Source of the DNA: the human T2T-CHM13v2.0 reference genome, Homo sapiens
Assembly (NCBI RefSeq): GCF_009914755.1
Contig: NC_060938.1
DNA: 64,000 nucleotides
Direction: 5' to 3' (one strand)
Positions 25,499-39,700 of the stretch are shown here, piece after piece. Position numbers and translations under genes: made by a program. Numbering within the stretch: the stretch's first letter is position 1; every line of letters starts with the position of its first letter. A model generated the notes under the pieces. That model saw only the letters and a program-made list of their open reading frames with translations. It was not told the origin of the DNA and did no database searches.

Positions 25499-28430
25499 GT
25501 CTAGCCGGGAAGGACACCCAAACAAATAATTTCAGGTCTCTGCAATGAATGCCGTGTTTGTGGTTAACATAGGCTATTGTGGGAACAGAGCGAGGGAACT
25601 TCAATAAGAACCATGGGGATGCGTGGAGGTCCCAACCGGAGTTTTCTGCAAGGGAATAAATCTGCAGTGAGGCCTGGAGGACAGAAAGAGGGGGGCAGAA
25701 TGACTTTTGGGAAGGGGGTGCAGCTGCAGTAAGGCTCAGGGTGCAAAACAACAAAAGCACATGGACCCTAACCCTAACCCATAGCACCTGGGTATTTCTA
25801 GGGATCAAGTCTGAGGAGGCACATGGGGGAGGGAGGTAAGACTGGAGATGCAGACTGAGGCCTTGTATTACACCCTAAGAAGCTTGGATTTTACTCAGAG
25901 GACAACAGGGAGCCATTGAAAGATTGTGAGCAGGGAGGGGCCATCGGCAATCAGATTTACATTTTACGTAGAATAGGAGGTGTTGCAAATCTTAGCAGGC
26001 TATAGTCAAGGTGAAACAAGGAGGTTCTGGAGAAGAAGAAATCCTTGTCCCATTCCATTTGGGAAGAGCACGTTTGCCTGCCTCTCCCTTGGGCATCTTG
26101 GGGACTGACCTTTCTGGCTGACCCCACTTTTAGCATAGACCCATTTTCCAGGCAGCTGCTTGAAGTCTCTGGTCCTGTGAGCCTCACTCACTGGGGTCAT
26201 TATCAGGCTCCTAATGAGTAGAAATGGAAGTGTGGCATGTTGAGGATAAAAATTGATTCTTGGTCACCGAGGGGCCTGGTGTCCACTGCTCAGATGTTGG
26301 CCACACAGGCCTTTTTCAGGGCGGGAGAGCAATTACATCATACCAATTTAGGCCTTTTTCCAGGGGCTGGCCTGGGAGTCACTTTGCCACTCTGGTTTTT
26401 AAGCCCGGGATTAACTGGGGACTGCTGTATGTTGAAAGGGAGTCCTGAGATGAAGCTGTGTGCGCTCTCTGTTGTTCAATAGTCCATTAGGCAGGGACTT
26501 TAGAGTCGAAGTGGTCATATGAATCTCTGGAGAGAAAACTCATTAATGGGACAGTAAGTTCCAATTAGTGGCATGGCCCAAAAGCAGCAAAGGTGCAAAA
26601 AAACTCAGTCCTCAGCTCCTCTCCCAGAGGGGCTCCATTACCCAGCTGCCTGCTCTGTGCTGCACAAACACGGTCACAAACAACACAAATATTTGCTCAG
26701 AAAATCCATCTTTGTCATCCACGTTGTCAACTGGAAGGCAAAAAACCCTTCCAACCATTGAGAGAAAATAAAAAAGGCCACTGGCTTTCACAAGGCAATT
26801 TCCTCTGTCGGCAAGGAAAGAAAAAGCCATTTAGGTGTGGCCCAGAACCGGGGAACTCTTTCTGTCTGGGCGTGTGAAGCTGTGGGATTCCAGTTCTGGG
26901 ATAAAGTGCATCATCGAAAGGGTCCATTCTTCAGCGACTGCCCCTCTTTGTTCTGCTCGGGCACCCCGAGGAAGCCCCATGGGAAGTCTCTGTGACTCCA
27001 CCCACTGAGCGGCTACAGCAGAGACGTGGCATGGAGAGTGTTTGCCTTGGCCAAGGATGAAGATATTTCTCCCTAGGGTGGTGGATCGTGGGCTTTAACT
27101 TCAGAAGGACCTGATTTCTAGCTTTCCCTGTAGCACTGATGAATCAGTTAACTGTTCCGAGTCTTCACGTGGCCATCTTCAGAATAAAGACACTGATGAC
27201 ACTGATGCAGTAAAGTTCTTGGTATATTTGCAGATGTTTGATACACACTGGCCCCCCAAGAGTGTGCTGTGGCGAAGGCGATGTGTAAACTGACATTTTT
27301 CATTCGCTTTCCCATTCATTCCATTGTCCCAAGAGCCTGCGGTTTAGGCAGGGTGTGTTTTTATTCCCATTTTAGAGATGAGGGAAGTGAGGCCCAGCAG
27401 GGGCCGCTGGTTTACTGAAGCCTTGACCCTCAGCCTTATTTTCATGACATCGCGAGGCCACCATGGTGGCTTTTGCCAGGCTCTGCAGCCTACATTGATT
27501 CTGATAGAACGTGGGCTCCTGAGGGAACCCATCAACCCTTGCCTCATAGCTGTGACAGGTTTTAGGAGGCCTGCCTTCTGGAAAGTTCCAAGTAGAGAGA
27601 GAAGCAGGACCCAAACGAGAGATGCTGAACTGAACAAAACTGCATGTGAGGCAGCGTTAAAGGCAGAGGCTTTGGGCTCAGACGGACGGGGTGTGGGTCC
27701 TGTACCCACTTCCTGGACTGTTAACAGGTCTTCTGAGCCTCAGTGGCCTTGTCAGTACCGCGGGGACAGCAGGACGTACCCTGTTGGGCTGTTGAGAGTC
27801 TAAACAAGCTCACACTCTGCAAAGGGGACACAAGAAGCAGCTGAAATGGCCCCTGTTGTTCCTGTTCTGTTTCTTTGCAAAGAGTAGCTCAGAGGACCAG
27901 ACACTGGGAGTCCCTTCCTCAGGGAGGTCCCTTTCATCCACACTAGGTCACCTCCCACCTCCCTTCTCCCTCGTCACCCTGTTCATTTCCTTCAGAGCAT
28001 TCATCACAATCCGCATTTTCCTTGATTGTATACTTATTCACTACACACTTTGGTCTCCCCCCACCGGACTGTAAACTCTGTGAGGGCAGAGGCTTTCTGT
28101 GTTTGGTTCTCTGCTGAGCCCCCAAAGCTTAAACCACTGTTTGTCCCTAGCACCTGCTCATTGACTGGTTGACTGCACCAATGAGCTGGCATTCTCGCCC
28201 ACATGTTCTTCCGGGCTCATCAAGCTGATCTCTGCTTTCTTTCCAGAGATAGTGGCCGCACCCTCTAGGCAGCCCTTCTCTCATCTCCTCCTCAGCAGAA
28301 GGGCCTGCTGATTCTGACCGGATTCCAGAATTGGGAAGCGTGGGTTCAAATCCCGGCTCTGCTGTGTGGCATCCTCTGTAAGCCTCTTTCTCTTAGGGAG
28401 AAAGACTTTCTCCTAAGTCTCTTTAGAGAC

Positions 28431-28552
28431 TTTTTTATCTGGGGTGGTCAGAGCCTCTTATGGTAGAGGAGGTATTTCAGCTTGGACATGGAGAGATGGG
28501 CCAGAGGGGTCATGGCAGGGCTAAAGGAACAGATGAGAGACAAGGACTGGTT
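28431..28552 (-). repeat. Inverted copy of 29865-29993
   Basis: Hand alignment: 5 substitutions plus one 7-bp gap over 122 bp. Confidence 0.93.
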
Positions 28553-29359
28553 ACCTATGTGCTGCATAGGTAACCACACCCCAAATTACAGAACTTAGTT
28601 AAAATACTTCCTTACTGGTTTTATGTTGCTAACTTATGAGTATATTATCGCATTGGTCCAATCTGTAACATTTGTATAAAACTTACCTTTTTTAGGTCTC
28701 CCTAAGAGAAAGAGACTTTCTCCTAAGTCTAAACCAGGAGGCTAGACTTTCTGATCCCTAAGGTCTCATCCTAGGCCTGACCATCTGTTCTACTAGAGAA
28801 CACTTGGGTGTAGGTTAAAACTGGGCAACAGGTTAAAATCCATTTTCTCACGTTCAAAGGGCAGAGGTCTCTCAGCTGCAAATCGGATAAATTCTGAGAC
28901 AAGATATTATGGGCTGTGTACTCGCTGGAGCAAATGCCTGTTTCAGTGGGTACGTGTGCTTCCTGTGCCTTAGATGCTATGATATAGCCATTTCTTGGCA
29001 TATTTTAACTTGACTGTCTCTGTCGCACAGCCATGATAATGGACAGTGAATATTACCATGACATTCTGAAATTATGTTTAGCCATGCAGCAGAAAAAGAA
29101 AATTAATTTCATTCATTGACAGGCTTGTCAATTTACTCATATTGACTTTTTGATGCCTCTACCACAGATAGCAAAGTTCATATACTGTAAAATACATCAT
29201 TATTAAGATTGTCTTGAGCCATCCTAAGTCTTTGGGAGTGGAGAGATAGGGGGCTATTTCTTCAAATCAGATAAGTATTAAAGAATATATGATCGTGTGT
29301 GTTCATATTTATATTTTATATTAAAAACACCAAAGGCATCTTGAATAAGTCATCTTTGA

Positions 29360-29640
29360 CTGGCTTCATTCCCCCACATCCAATCAGTTGTCGAGTCCTG
29401 TCAATTCTATTCCATCATATTCTTCAGTTCCATCCCCCTCTTTCTATCACTGCTACCTCTACTCTGGTTTAGGCTGTCATTACTTGATGCCCGGATGATT
29501 CCAACAGTTTCCCAGGAGGGCTTCTTGCCTCCAGTTTCTCTCCTTCCCAAATCTATCTTTCATCTTACATTCACAGCAATGATGGTGCCACTTTTCCACT
29601 CTAAAGCCTTCTCTGGCTCCCTTCAGATTAAAGTTCATCA
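29360..29640 (-). mobile_element. L2 fragment
   Basis: cacatccaatcagtt...gtcctgtcaattcta...tcttgcctccagt. Confidence 0.65.
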
Positions 29641-30085
29641 TCCAAGGGCCATTGTGGTCTGCCCTTTGCCTATAACCTCATCCTCCCTCCTCATTTGGAA
29701 CTTGTGGGTCCACCCAGAGCTCTGCTTCTGCACCTGAATCTTGTTCAGGAACTGGTTAAAGAGAGATTCCTGGGTTCCTCTGTAGCTCCTGATTCCGGAA
29801 GGGCCTGGGAAACTGTTGAAGATCTGATGTAGTGGACCCAAGGCCTGCTGATCTGGTGAAACCCAACCAGTCCTTGCCTCTCATCTGTTCCTTCAGCCCC
29901 TGCCCATGCCATGACCCCTCTGGCCCATCTCTCCATGTCCAAGCTGAAATACCTCCTCTACCGTAAGAGGCTGTGACCACCCCAGCTAAAAAAGGACCTC
30001 TTTCTTCCCTGAGCTCCCACAACCCTTACAATCTTATTGGATTACACTTTTCATCATTACCGGGATTCCCTGGCTTCCGTTAACT

Positions 30086-30741
<656 letters not shown>

Positions 30742-33045
30742 CATTCACTGAAACATAAGTGGATCTTCTATCTTTCTGTTTCTTCTGATTTTCATATCTG
30801 TGGCAGAATGGCTAGGACATTTAGTGTTTCTGCTGTTAATAACAATTCACGTTCTTTTGGCACTTTACAGTATTTTCACAATATTTTCCGTTGTCTTTAT
30901 TCACTTGGCTAAGATGGAGCGCCTCCTGTGGGTGAGCTGTGGTGATGCACCGTGGTGCTCGCACACTGAGAAGCCACTGTCTATTGGGTGAAACCATGGG
31001 TCAGCAGATACTTATCATAAAATATAGGCATTTGATGGCTGACAGTGTGATTCCCGTGTCCACCATTAAAGTTCCAATGTCTAGCACAGCGCCTGGTGCA
31101 TAGCAGGTGCTCTAATGACAATATGAGTGGCTAACATGCACTGAGTAATTACTTACAGCAAAGCAAAGTGCCCCAAATTAAAAATGAGTGGACACTTCAG
31201 GAATATCAAGAGGCTGCTCTGTCCAGCAGGGCATACAGGGGTGGAGAAGTGTGGGTGGAGGGCCAGTAAGGTTCCGTGATCTGCCCAACCACCCTGAGAG
31301 ACAGGCAGGTGTCACGAGCCCAGTGCATAAGCCTTCATTCGGTGTGGCTCATGGAGTGACAGTGGGTAACCAGGAAAGTGGCACCAACAGGCTGAGCACC
31401 ACAGGCTCTGACTTTTGGGCTGATGGACTGGACTGGACTGATGGACACTTTTCATCATCACCAGGATTCCCCTCGCTCCCATTAACTGAAATGTGAGTGG
31501 ATCTTCCTTCTTTCTGCTATTTGGACTAGCTTCCTGCGGGGAGTGGGGTAGCTCCCCAGGGCCAGAGAGGAGTCAGAGCCAACCTGAGCAAAGCCCCGTG
31601 GGCTTCTCTCCTATAAGGGGGAATTACAGGAAGCATCAGCTTGGGACTCAGGTGAGGCCCATGGGAGGCCTGAGAACCTTGCCTTCAATTAAACATCTGC
31701 CCTTCTTCTCTCTCTGGCCCGAGGATCAGAGCCCAGTGGGCTCCAGCCTCCCACTCCCCCACTCACAGAGGGTGTCAGAATACCTGGCATCTGTGGGGCT
31801 CCTGTCAGTTTGGAGGAAAATGGCACCTGGAAAAAGTCTCCAAGTGCAGTGCTGAAACATTGAATTGAATCCAGCAAAACTTGGCACCTGGTTTGCTAAT
31901 AGTGCCACAAAATGTCATAAGAGGAGAAAGTGGCCCTGAATATGGATTAGGAGGACAGGTCATAAAAGCCCTAGTGGGGATCTAGGTAAGAGCTGCATGC
32001 TGGGTGACTGACACATGGGATGGCCGTGTCTCTGTCCCTGGTGCTGACCAACCACCCCCCTTGGGTGCTGTGCCTTCCCCTTTGGTGTTGGTGACTCCCG
32101 ACCAGACATTCCCAGGAATTTCCAGCCTGGTGATAGAGTGGCAGTGAAGGAGAGTGAGGACAGGCAGATAACTTGGTAGAGGTTGCTGGAGCAGCCTAGC
32201 CATACAAAACTGTGAGGCAGAGAAAACTGACTTTTCATGTCATTGCAGTTGTCAAGAAAGTTTTTAGTTTACTCTCCAGGAATTAAGGAGAAATGTATTT
32301 CCCTGGGTCACTCAGATGCACAGTACATTGGAATTTTAATCTTGACTCCCCGAGCCTGGTGCCAGGCCACATCAATTCATCCTTCAAGGCCCAGCCTGAG
32401 TCTTTCTAGGAAGCCTTCCCTGGCTTGTCCAGGCAGAGTTAGTCATTCTGTCCCTCATGCCCCCTCCAAATTTCACTTAAATGGTCTGTCACTTTGTGCT
32501 GTGAGACCTCACCTGACAGGAACTGAACGTTATTTATTTCTGTCTTTCAAGCACGAACCCTGGGTCTGAATAGACCAACAGCCCAGAAGATGTGTGTTGG
32601 GTGAATAACCCGCCCCCCTACCCAATACTGTCCACCTGCCCATGCCCTGGGGTCATTTTCTCCCAACGTGCTCCGACACCTGCCTTGAAGGGAACAGTCC
32701 GTGGGTATCCACTCATAACCGCCATATTGTCTGATGGCTCTGGTGCATTCATGGGGTTTCCAGGGCCCTACCCTCTAGTCTGACCTTGCAGACCTTGATC
32801 CCCATGCATTGACAGGTGAGATGGAGATAGTCTTCACCTGACTGTACAGGGCAACTGAGGCTCACAGAGAGGAAGGGAGTTTTCTCAAGCCCCATGGCTC
32901 TGTAATGGTGGAACTGTGACTCTAATCTAAGCCTCAATTAAGCTGGTTGTTTCTGTTTTTTTTCTTTTCTTCAGGTTTTTTCTTTCTTTCGTTTCTTCTT
33001 TTTTCTTTTTTTTGAGGGAATTTCTAAACAGTCAATGTTACCTGA

Positions 33046-33469
<424 letters not shown>

Positions 33470-33489
33470 TCCACCATATCTTTATCACA

Positions 33490-33650
33490 CATTTACTGGG
33501 TGCCAGGAACTCACAAGAGCCCTGCACAGTAGATATTATCATCCCCATTTTATGGATGAAAACTTGAAACTCTGCAAGGATAAGTGGCTTGCGCCGTGTT
33601 GCAGAGTCAATAGGTGCAGCAGAAAGGATTCAAACCCAGAGCGAGCTAGC
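33490..33650 (-). mobile_element. MIR
   Basis: attatcatccccattttatggatgaaaa...ggattcaaacccag. Confidence 0.75.
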
Positions 33651-34629
33651 TCCTCTGACGCCATGTCCCCCTTGCCCTGAAATCCCTCATTATTGATGTC
33701 TAGGGAACATCTGGTCAGGTATCCAGAGCAACGAATCTGTGGGAAGGAGCCCACTGTGATTTATTTTCTCTGAGGTTCCCAGGGTATTTTTTTCCTCCTT
33801 TTAAAATGCAGCACTGCCATATTCCCACTTGAGGTCATTAGCCCCAGCATAGGTTAAAAACAAAGTGTTTGTGTCCATCCGTCTAATTGCACAGAAACCA
33901 TCAAACCCTCATTACCATCAGCCTAATTATTTTGAAATCTAGCATATTATCGTGTTCCACAATTAGGCAGATGATAAGCATTTGCCTCACCTGCCCAGGG
34001 ATAGGAGGTAAGCTTGGCATGAGGGAGGTGGAGAGGAGGGGGCCGTGGGCTGCCTTGTGAGGAAGTGAGATGTCTACACTTGCAGGAGCCCACCCACCCG
34101 CTTCTGATGATTTCCCGTCCCCCAACTTGCAAAGCCACTAACAAGAGTTTCACCCTAATGAGCAGGGAGGATGGGACCTGACTGGTTGAAGGGGACAGTG
34201 TTACAGAACTGGAAACTAATTGTCATCATTCAGCTTTCTAGGCATAAATAAAATGCCTACCTGGATATAGTGAAACAGACCAGCCTACAAGGTTCCTAAG
34301 AACAGTTGTAAACCTCAGCACGAATGCTTCTGCTTGTCCGCTGGCAGGAGTTGTCCCTTCCTGCACTGTGGCCTCCCTGCCTCTGCATGCTGGTGTGTTG
34401 GTTTGGTGCTGGAAGGGGACAATCCTGGGGACTGGGGGAGGACTTTGCATGACCGTCTGAAATGCACCTCCAAATCAGAAAACATAGAGTGGGACAGAGG
34501 TTGATGATCAGTTCATTTAATCCCCTTGTTTTATAAATAAGGGGACTCTTCTGCTGGGGTAAGATCATTTGCCTTTGACTCATGTACCAGATGTTGGAAA
34601 GAGAGATGGGTCAATAATGAGAAGAAAAG

Positions 34630-34850
34630 TTGCCATTTACTGAGCACTCACTGTGTGCCTGACCTTTTTCCAAGTGCCTTATGTGGATTTGACCCACATA
34701 ATGGCCGTAAGGGTCACTTGTATTCTCCCCATTTTATGGACGAGGAAGCTGAGGCACAGGGCATTTCAGCAGCATACTCAAGATTCTACAGAACGACTAA
34801 GTAGCAGAGCCACAGTTTGAACCCAGGCAGCCTGGCCCCATGGCCAGTGC
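34630..34850 (-). mobile_element. MIR
   Basis: catttactgagcactcactgtgtgcc...cccattttatggacgaggaagctgaggcacag...tttgaacccaggcag. Confidence 0.8.
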
Positions 34851-36199
34851 CCCCAATTATAATATGACCCTCCCAGGTACTGCCCAACCCTACCCAAGTA
34901 CCGAATAACGAGGGATGGAGTTCAGGCCACCTTGCAGGCAAAGTCCTCTGCCAGCTCGTGGACTGCCCCTTGGGTCACTTCGAATACATCGGCATAGACT
35001 TGCACTTTGCAGTGCCCCCACCCCCAACTCAGCAGCCCACAGTCAGGCTGGCAAACAGCACCGAGACATTGATAATACAGGGGGTATGTGTGTCAAGGGC
35101 ACGGGGTGCCTGTGGGCAGCTTGCCCAGGCTGTGCATGGTGGCGAGGCCTGGAAGGTTTTGCAAGGGCAAGGCTTGAGCTAAATCTTGAAGGAGGTTTAG
35201 ATGTTGGTCAGAAGAAGAGGCGGGGTGGAGGCAAGGCTCACAGAGCTAAATCGTGGCAGGTGGGGACAAGATGGGAACGTGACTTGCCGGGCTGCCTGCC
35301 CTGTGCTCATTCTGCCTCACCAAGTGTCCCCTTTCTCCTTAGGAGACCAGAACTGCCTTCTGAATGCCATTATGACTTGACTCAGCTGGGAACCACGAGA
35401 GGACGAGATGACATCTCTTCAGGATGGTGTAGAGACGTGGGCGGAGTGTGCAGGGCTGGCGTGCAAGGGGTGGGGACACGTTGCATCCATGGTGCTGTTT
35501 GTGCAGGTAAGATGCACAGGTGACAAGGAGGAGGCTGTTTTAAAGCCAAGGCAGGCACCAGTGCCTGGATAGGACTTTTTGGTCCTTGGAACGGGTTCCC
35601 CCAGATCTTCGTCTGTGTCTTGGAGAGAGGTCCTCTAGTTCCGCCTAGCCCTGGCTGCCCCAGCCACTGGGATGGAACTCTTTTCAACCACGTGGAAGAA
35701 AACCTGCCCCCAGATCTTGCTGGCGTTGCTGCCGTGTGCGACTGCAGAGAGGGCCTGGTTCTTAGCAGACCTTGAAGTGTCCCGCAAAGATTGGAAAGTC
35801 CCACATTTGGGTTCATGTTTCTAACAGGTACTGGTCTAACAGGAGGAGTTAAAAGATGGGCCCTAGCTTTCCTGAGCAAGGCAGGTGAAGAGCACAAGAT
35901 CGTGGGAAGGGTGAGGCTGGCCTGAGGCTTATTTCCCACCCATCAGAGAGGCCAGCAGCTCCATGGCCCCTTCTCCCCCGGAGGGGCTCAGTTGCAGGGA
36001 GTCTCTGAGCTGTGCCCCTGAGCCCTTCGCGAAGTCCTAGCCGGAAACCAGGTTCCCACAGCCTCGGGTCCCTGGGGCTCCGGGTCAGCCTGAGCTGGGT
36101 TCAGTCCCACTCTCTTCCTGCCATGAGATCTTGGGTGGCTCCCTTTCTTTGAGCCTCAACTTCTCCATCTGTGAAATTGAGACAAATAACATGACCCAC

Positions 36200-36628
36200 T
36201 GTATTAGTTTCCCAGGCCTGCCATAACACAAGGCTGCAAAAGAGCAGCTTAAACAGCAGAAACGTCCTGCTTCCCAGGGCTGCAGGCTGGAAGCCTGCGT
36301 CAGGGTGTGGGCAGGGCTGTGCTCCCTCTGAAGGCGTTGGGGAGGCTCCGTTCCAGGTCTCCCTCTGAGCTTCTCGTAGCTCCTTGGCTTGTGGCTGCAG
36401 ATCTCTAATCTTCACAGGGTGTGTTCCCTGTGTGCCTGAATGTGTCCAGATATCCCCTTTTATTCTGACAGCGGTCCTATTGGATTAGCTCCTAGCCTAG
36501 TCCAGTAGGACTGCATCATAACTATTTACATCTGCAAGGACCTTATTTACAAATGCAGTCACATTCGCTGGCGCTGGGAGTTAGGATTTTGACGTCTTTT
36601 TGGTGGGGGCACAATTATACCGGTAACA
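36200..36628 (-). mobile_element. MLT1C-like LTR
   Basis: tgtattagtttccc...gctccctctgaaggc...acatctgcaaggacc...taaca. Confidence 0.82.
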
Positions 36629-37779
36629 GAAGGTAAAAATGTATGACCCCTTCCCTCAAGGAGTTCCCAGATATTGATAGAAGCAGAAAATTCTTGTCAG
36701 GGGAAGGGGAAAGAAATTTCAGGAAGGTGAATACAACCACACAACTGATAGAAGATAGAGTAGATTCACAGGTGGGACTGTGGGGGGCAGCTCTTTCCCT
36801 AAGATCCAGATCCAGAGACAGACAGTGTGACCCCGGAGCAGCTTCTGAATTTCACTTCTTGTCTTCGACTTCAGGTGGCCTCCAGGAGGGCAGTTTCCAG
36901 AGATGAATTTCCTTCCCCTTGCCCAGCCCACCACTGCCCAGCCCTGTGGGCTCTGAGGCTGACGGAGAGAGACCTGGTAGGTCACCTCGTCCCTTGTCCC
37001 TGGGAAACTCCATGTTACCAGCATGTTATCAGCATGGCTCCGAATCCTATATCCACCCTCCAGCCACACCCCGGGACACTCTGGATCGAAGCCACCCAGC
37101 GTCAGAGCTTGGACGATCAAGGTGGACCTACCCGCTCAGAAAGACAGTGGCGCTTCTGTCAAGGGAGACCTCAACGACCTTCCTCTGAAAAGAAAAATGT
37201 CCTTGCAAGTAGGTAAATGAAAAAAAAAAGAAAAACAAAAAAAAGATTTTCATTTCAAAATAATCTTCATTACCTGAGGATTGCAAGAATTGTCATTTCA
37301 ATTATGCTGACGTCTATTCTTAGAAGGAGGTATAATGGCTTTCCCCTTCCAAGCTGGAGTGACTGTCATTATGTGTGGGATGTACTCCATTGCTTAACTC
37401 CCTGCCATTAGAAATGTTTAGTGGAGACACTGGCTGATTTTTCTTTTTCTTTTGCTTCGCTCAACCCTCCAACTCCTCTTCTTCCAGCACAAAAGCACAA
37501 GAAGCAGCAGAAAATGCATATGGGCTTTCGAGGCAGGGAATCCTGGGTTCAAACGGCAGCTCTCAACTCACCTGCCGAGAGACCCTGGGGATTTTGGCAG
37601 CTGTAAGCGGGGATGATCGTGTGATCTGATGGCAGTGTTAAATCACTAAGGAGACAAATATGAAAAGTGCCCAGGAGTGTGTCTAGCACATAGTGAGGGC
37701 TTGTAATGGCAGCGAGTGCTTTTCACAAGGCAAGCCACATCCTGTTTCATACCTGACTTTGTTGTTCTCATGGACATCG

Positions 37780-37998
37780 TGCAGTGGTTGACTGTAGACT
37801 CTGGAGCTAGTCCCTGGGTCTGCATCCTGACATACCAACTGCGTGGATTGGGAAACTTGCTTAGGCTCTCTTGTCTCAGTTTTCTCATCTGTAAAATGGG
37901 GATTAAAAACTCCACCCACTTAGTAGAGCTGTGATGAGAATCCAGTGAGTTTCTGTGTGTAAATTTCTTGGAATGGGATCTGGCCCAGAGTGAGTACT
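37780..37998 (+). mobile_element. MIR
   Basis: ctcagttttctcatctgtaaaatggggat. Confidence 0.8.
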
Positions 37999-38361
37999 TG
38001 TTTTGGTCCATGTGGGCCCTGCTATGACAAAATATCATAGGCTGGGTGACTTATAAACAACAGGCGTTTACTTCTCACAGTTCAGGAGGCTGGAAAGTCC
38101 AAGGTCAAGGCACTGGCAAACTTGGTGTCTGGTGAGGTCCTGCTTCCCAGTTCATACATAGACAGCACCTTCTTGCTGTGTCCCATGGTGGAAGAGGCAA
38201 GCTAGTTCTCTGGGGTCTTTTATAAGGGCACTAATTCCAGTCTTGAGGGCTCTACCTTCAAGACCTAATCACTTCACAAAGATTCCACCTGCTAATGCCA
38301 CCTTGTGAGTTAGGATTTCAACATATGGATTTTGGGAGGATACAGGCATCAGACCATAGCC
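37999..38361 (-). mobile_element. MLT1A/MSTD-like LTR
   Basis: cttataaacaacag...ggtgtctggtgagg...ttaggatttcaacatatg...cagaccatagc. Confidence 0.82.
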
Positions 38362-39442
38362 ATGCTGTATATAAAGTGTTAACTGGTATGAACTCCAGGA
38401 CACTGCAAATAATTGATGTCATGCTCCTATGTTAATGCCTAAACTAGAGACTTTTATGCCTGGGGACTCAGTCAAGTGAAGACCTGGTCAAAACTAACTG
38501 AGGCATATAGGGGCTTGGTGCGAACACAGTGGCCTCTTGTGACATTTAGCTGCCACCGTTCTTCTCTCATTCATTCAGTTGAGGGCCTGCTGTTTGCCAG
38601 GTGCTATGCAAAATTTAAAAATAAAATGAACTTGCTCCTTTCCCACATGGCACTTACAATCTATTGAGTAGCAATAGATGGCAAACAAACTGGTATCACA
38701 TTTAAAATGTGGTAACTGTTATGTTTCGAGAAGGGAGAGGAGAAAATGGAATGAGGGCCTAATTAGTTTGGTTAGGGATGGCCACACCTCTGCAGGAAGG
38801 CCATACCTGCAAATTAAATTTGCAGCAGGAAGCAGAACCAGCTACAGGGGATGCAGGAATGGGGACAACGTCCAAAGCAGTGGGAAGAGCCTGCCAAGGC
38901 CCTGAGGTGGGAAAGAGCTTGGCAGGCCAGTGTCAGGGTTGGGGAGAGTGGCTTGATATGTCCTTGGAGAGGCCAGCAGGGGCCACATCATATCCGGTTT
39001 TGTGTATCCGTGTCTGATTAGGGCACAGCACATTTACTATGATGATCTGTAAGGGAGAGAAAGATCAGAAAGTACTTTGCCACGTGGGTCAACTTGCTGG
39101 CATTCCAGGCGGCTCTGCAGTCCCATTCTCTAGGTGAGAAGAGAGAGGCATCAGGGTGGAAGAGGCTTGTTAAGCTGGAGCAGAGAGATTTTGAGGGAAG
39201 AGTTAGAGAAGGTAAACTGGTGGTCAGTTCCCCAGATTCTCATCGTGCTGGAAACTTGTTTTCGTTTTTTTTTTATAACTCTAATTTTTATTGTTGTGAT
39301 ACATACATGGAGTTTAAAATCAAATTGTTCTATATGGCTTATAGTGAAAAACACAAGCCCTGTGTCTGAACTTCCTTCTCTTGATTCCTGATCCACAAAG
39401 CAAACACCTTCAACTATTCTGATAGTTTCTTCTGATATTTAT

Positions 39443-39590
39443 CTCTCCAGTTCCAAAAACATGCTATATACTCTCTCTCTCACACACACACACTCTCTCT
39501 AGATCTATGGATGTATCTATAGAGAGAGATCTAGAAAGATCTAGAGGGAGAGTGAGAGAGAATATATAGCATGCTTTTGGAACTGGAGAG
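39443..39590. repeat. Inverted repeat (fold-back palindrome)
   Basis: ctctccagttccaaaaacatgctatata... / ...tatatagcatgcttttggaactggagag. Confidence 0.9.
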
Positions 39591-39700
39591 GTATATATAT
39601 ATAATTTATGCTGTATATATTTTTTATATGTAAAATAAATCTCTTCATATATAACAAATCTCTTGATAGATAATAAATCTATGTACATATTTTGGGGTAT

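Noticed and set aside
34915-35939. 202-aa and 185-aa overlapping ORFs
   Set aside because: No recognisable protein family or exon structure; plausible by chance in GC-rich DNA
37200-37220. Splice donor ag|gtaaat marking an exon
   Set aside because: No matching acceptor or frame can be supported from sequence alone
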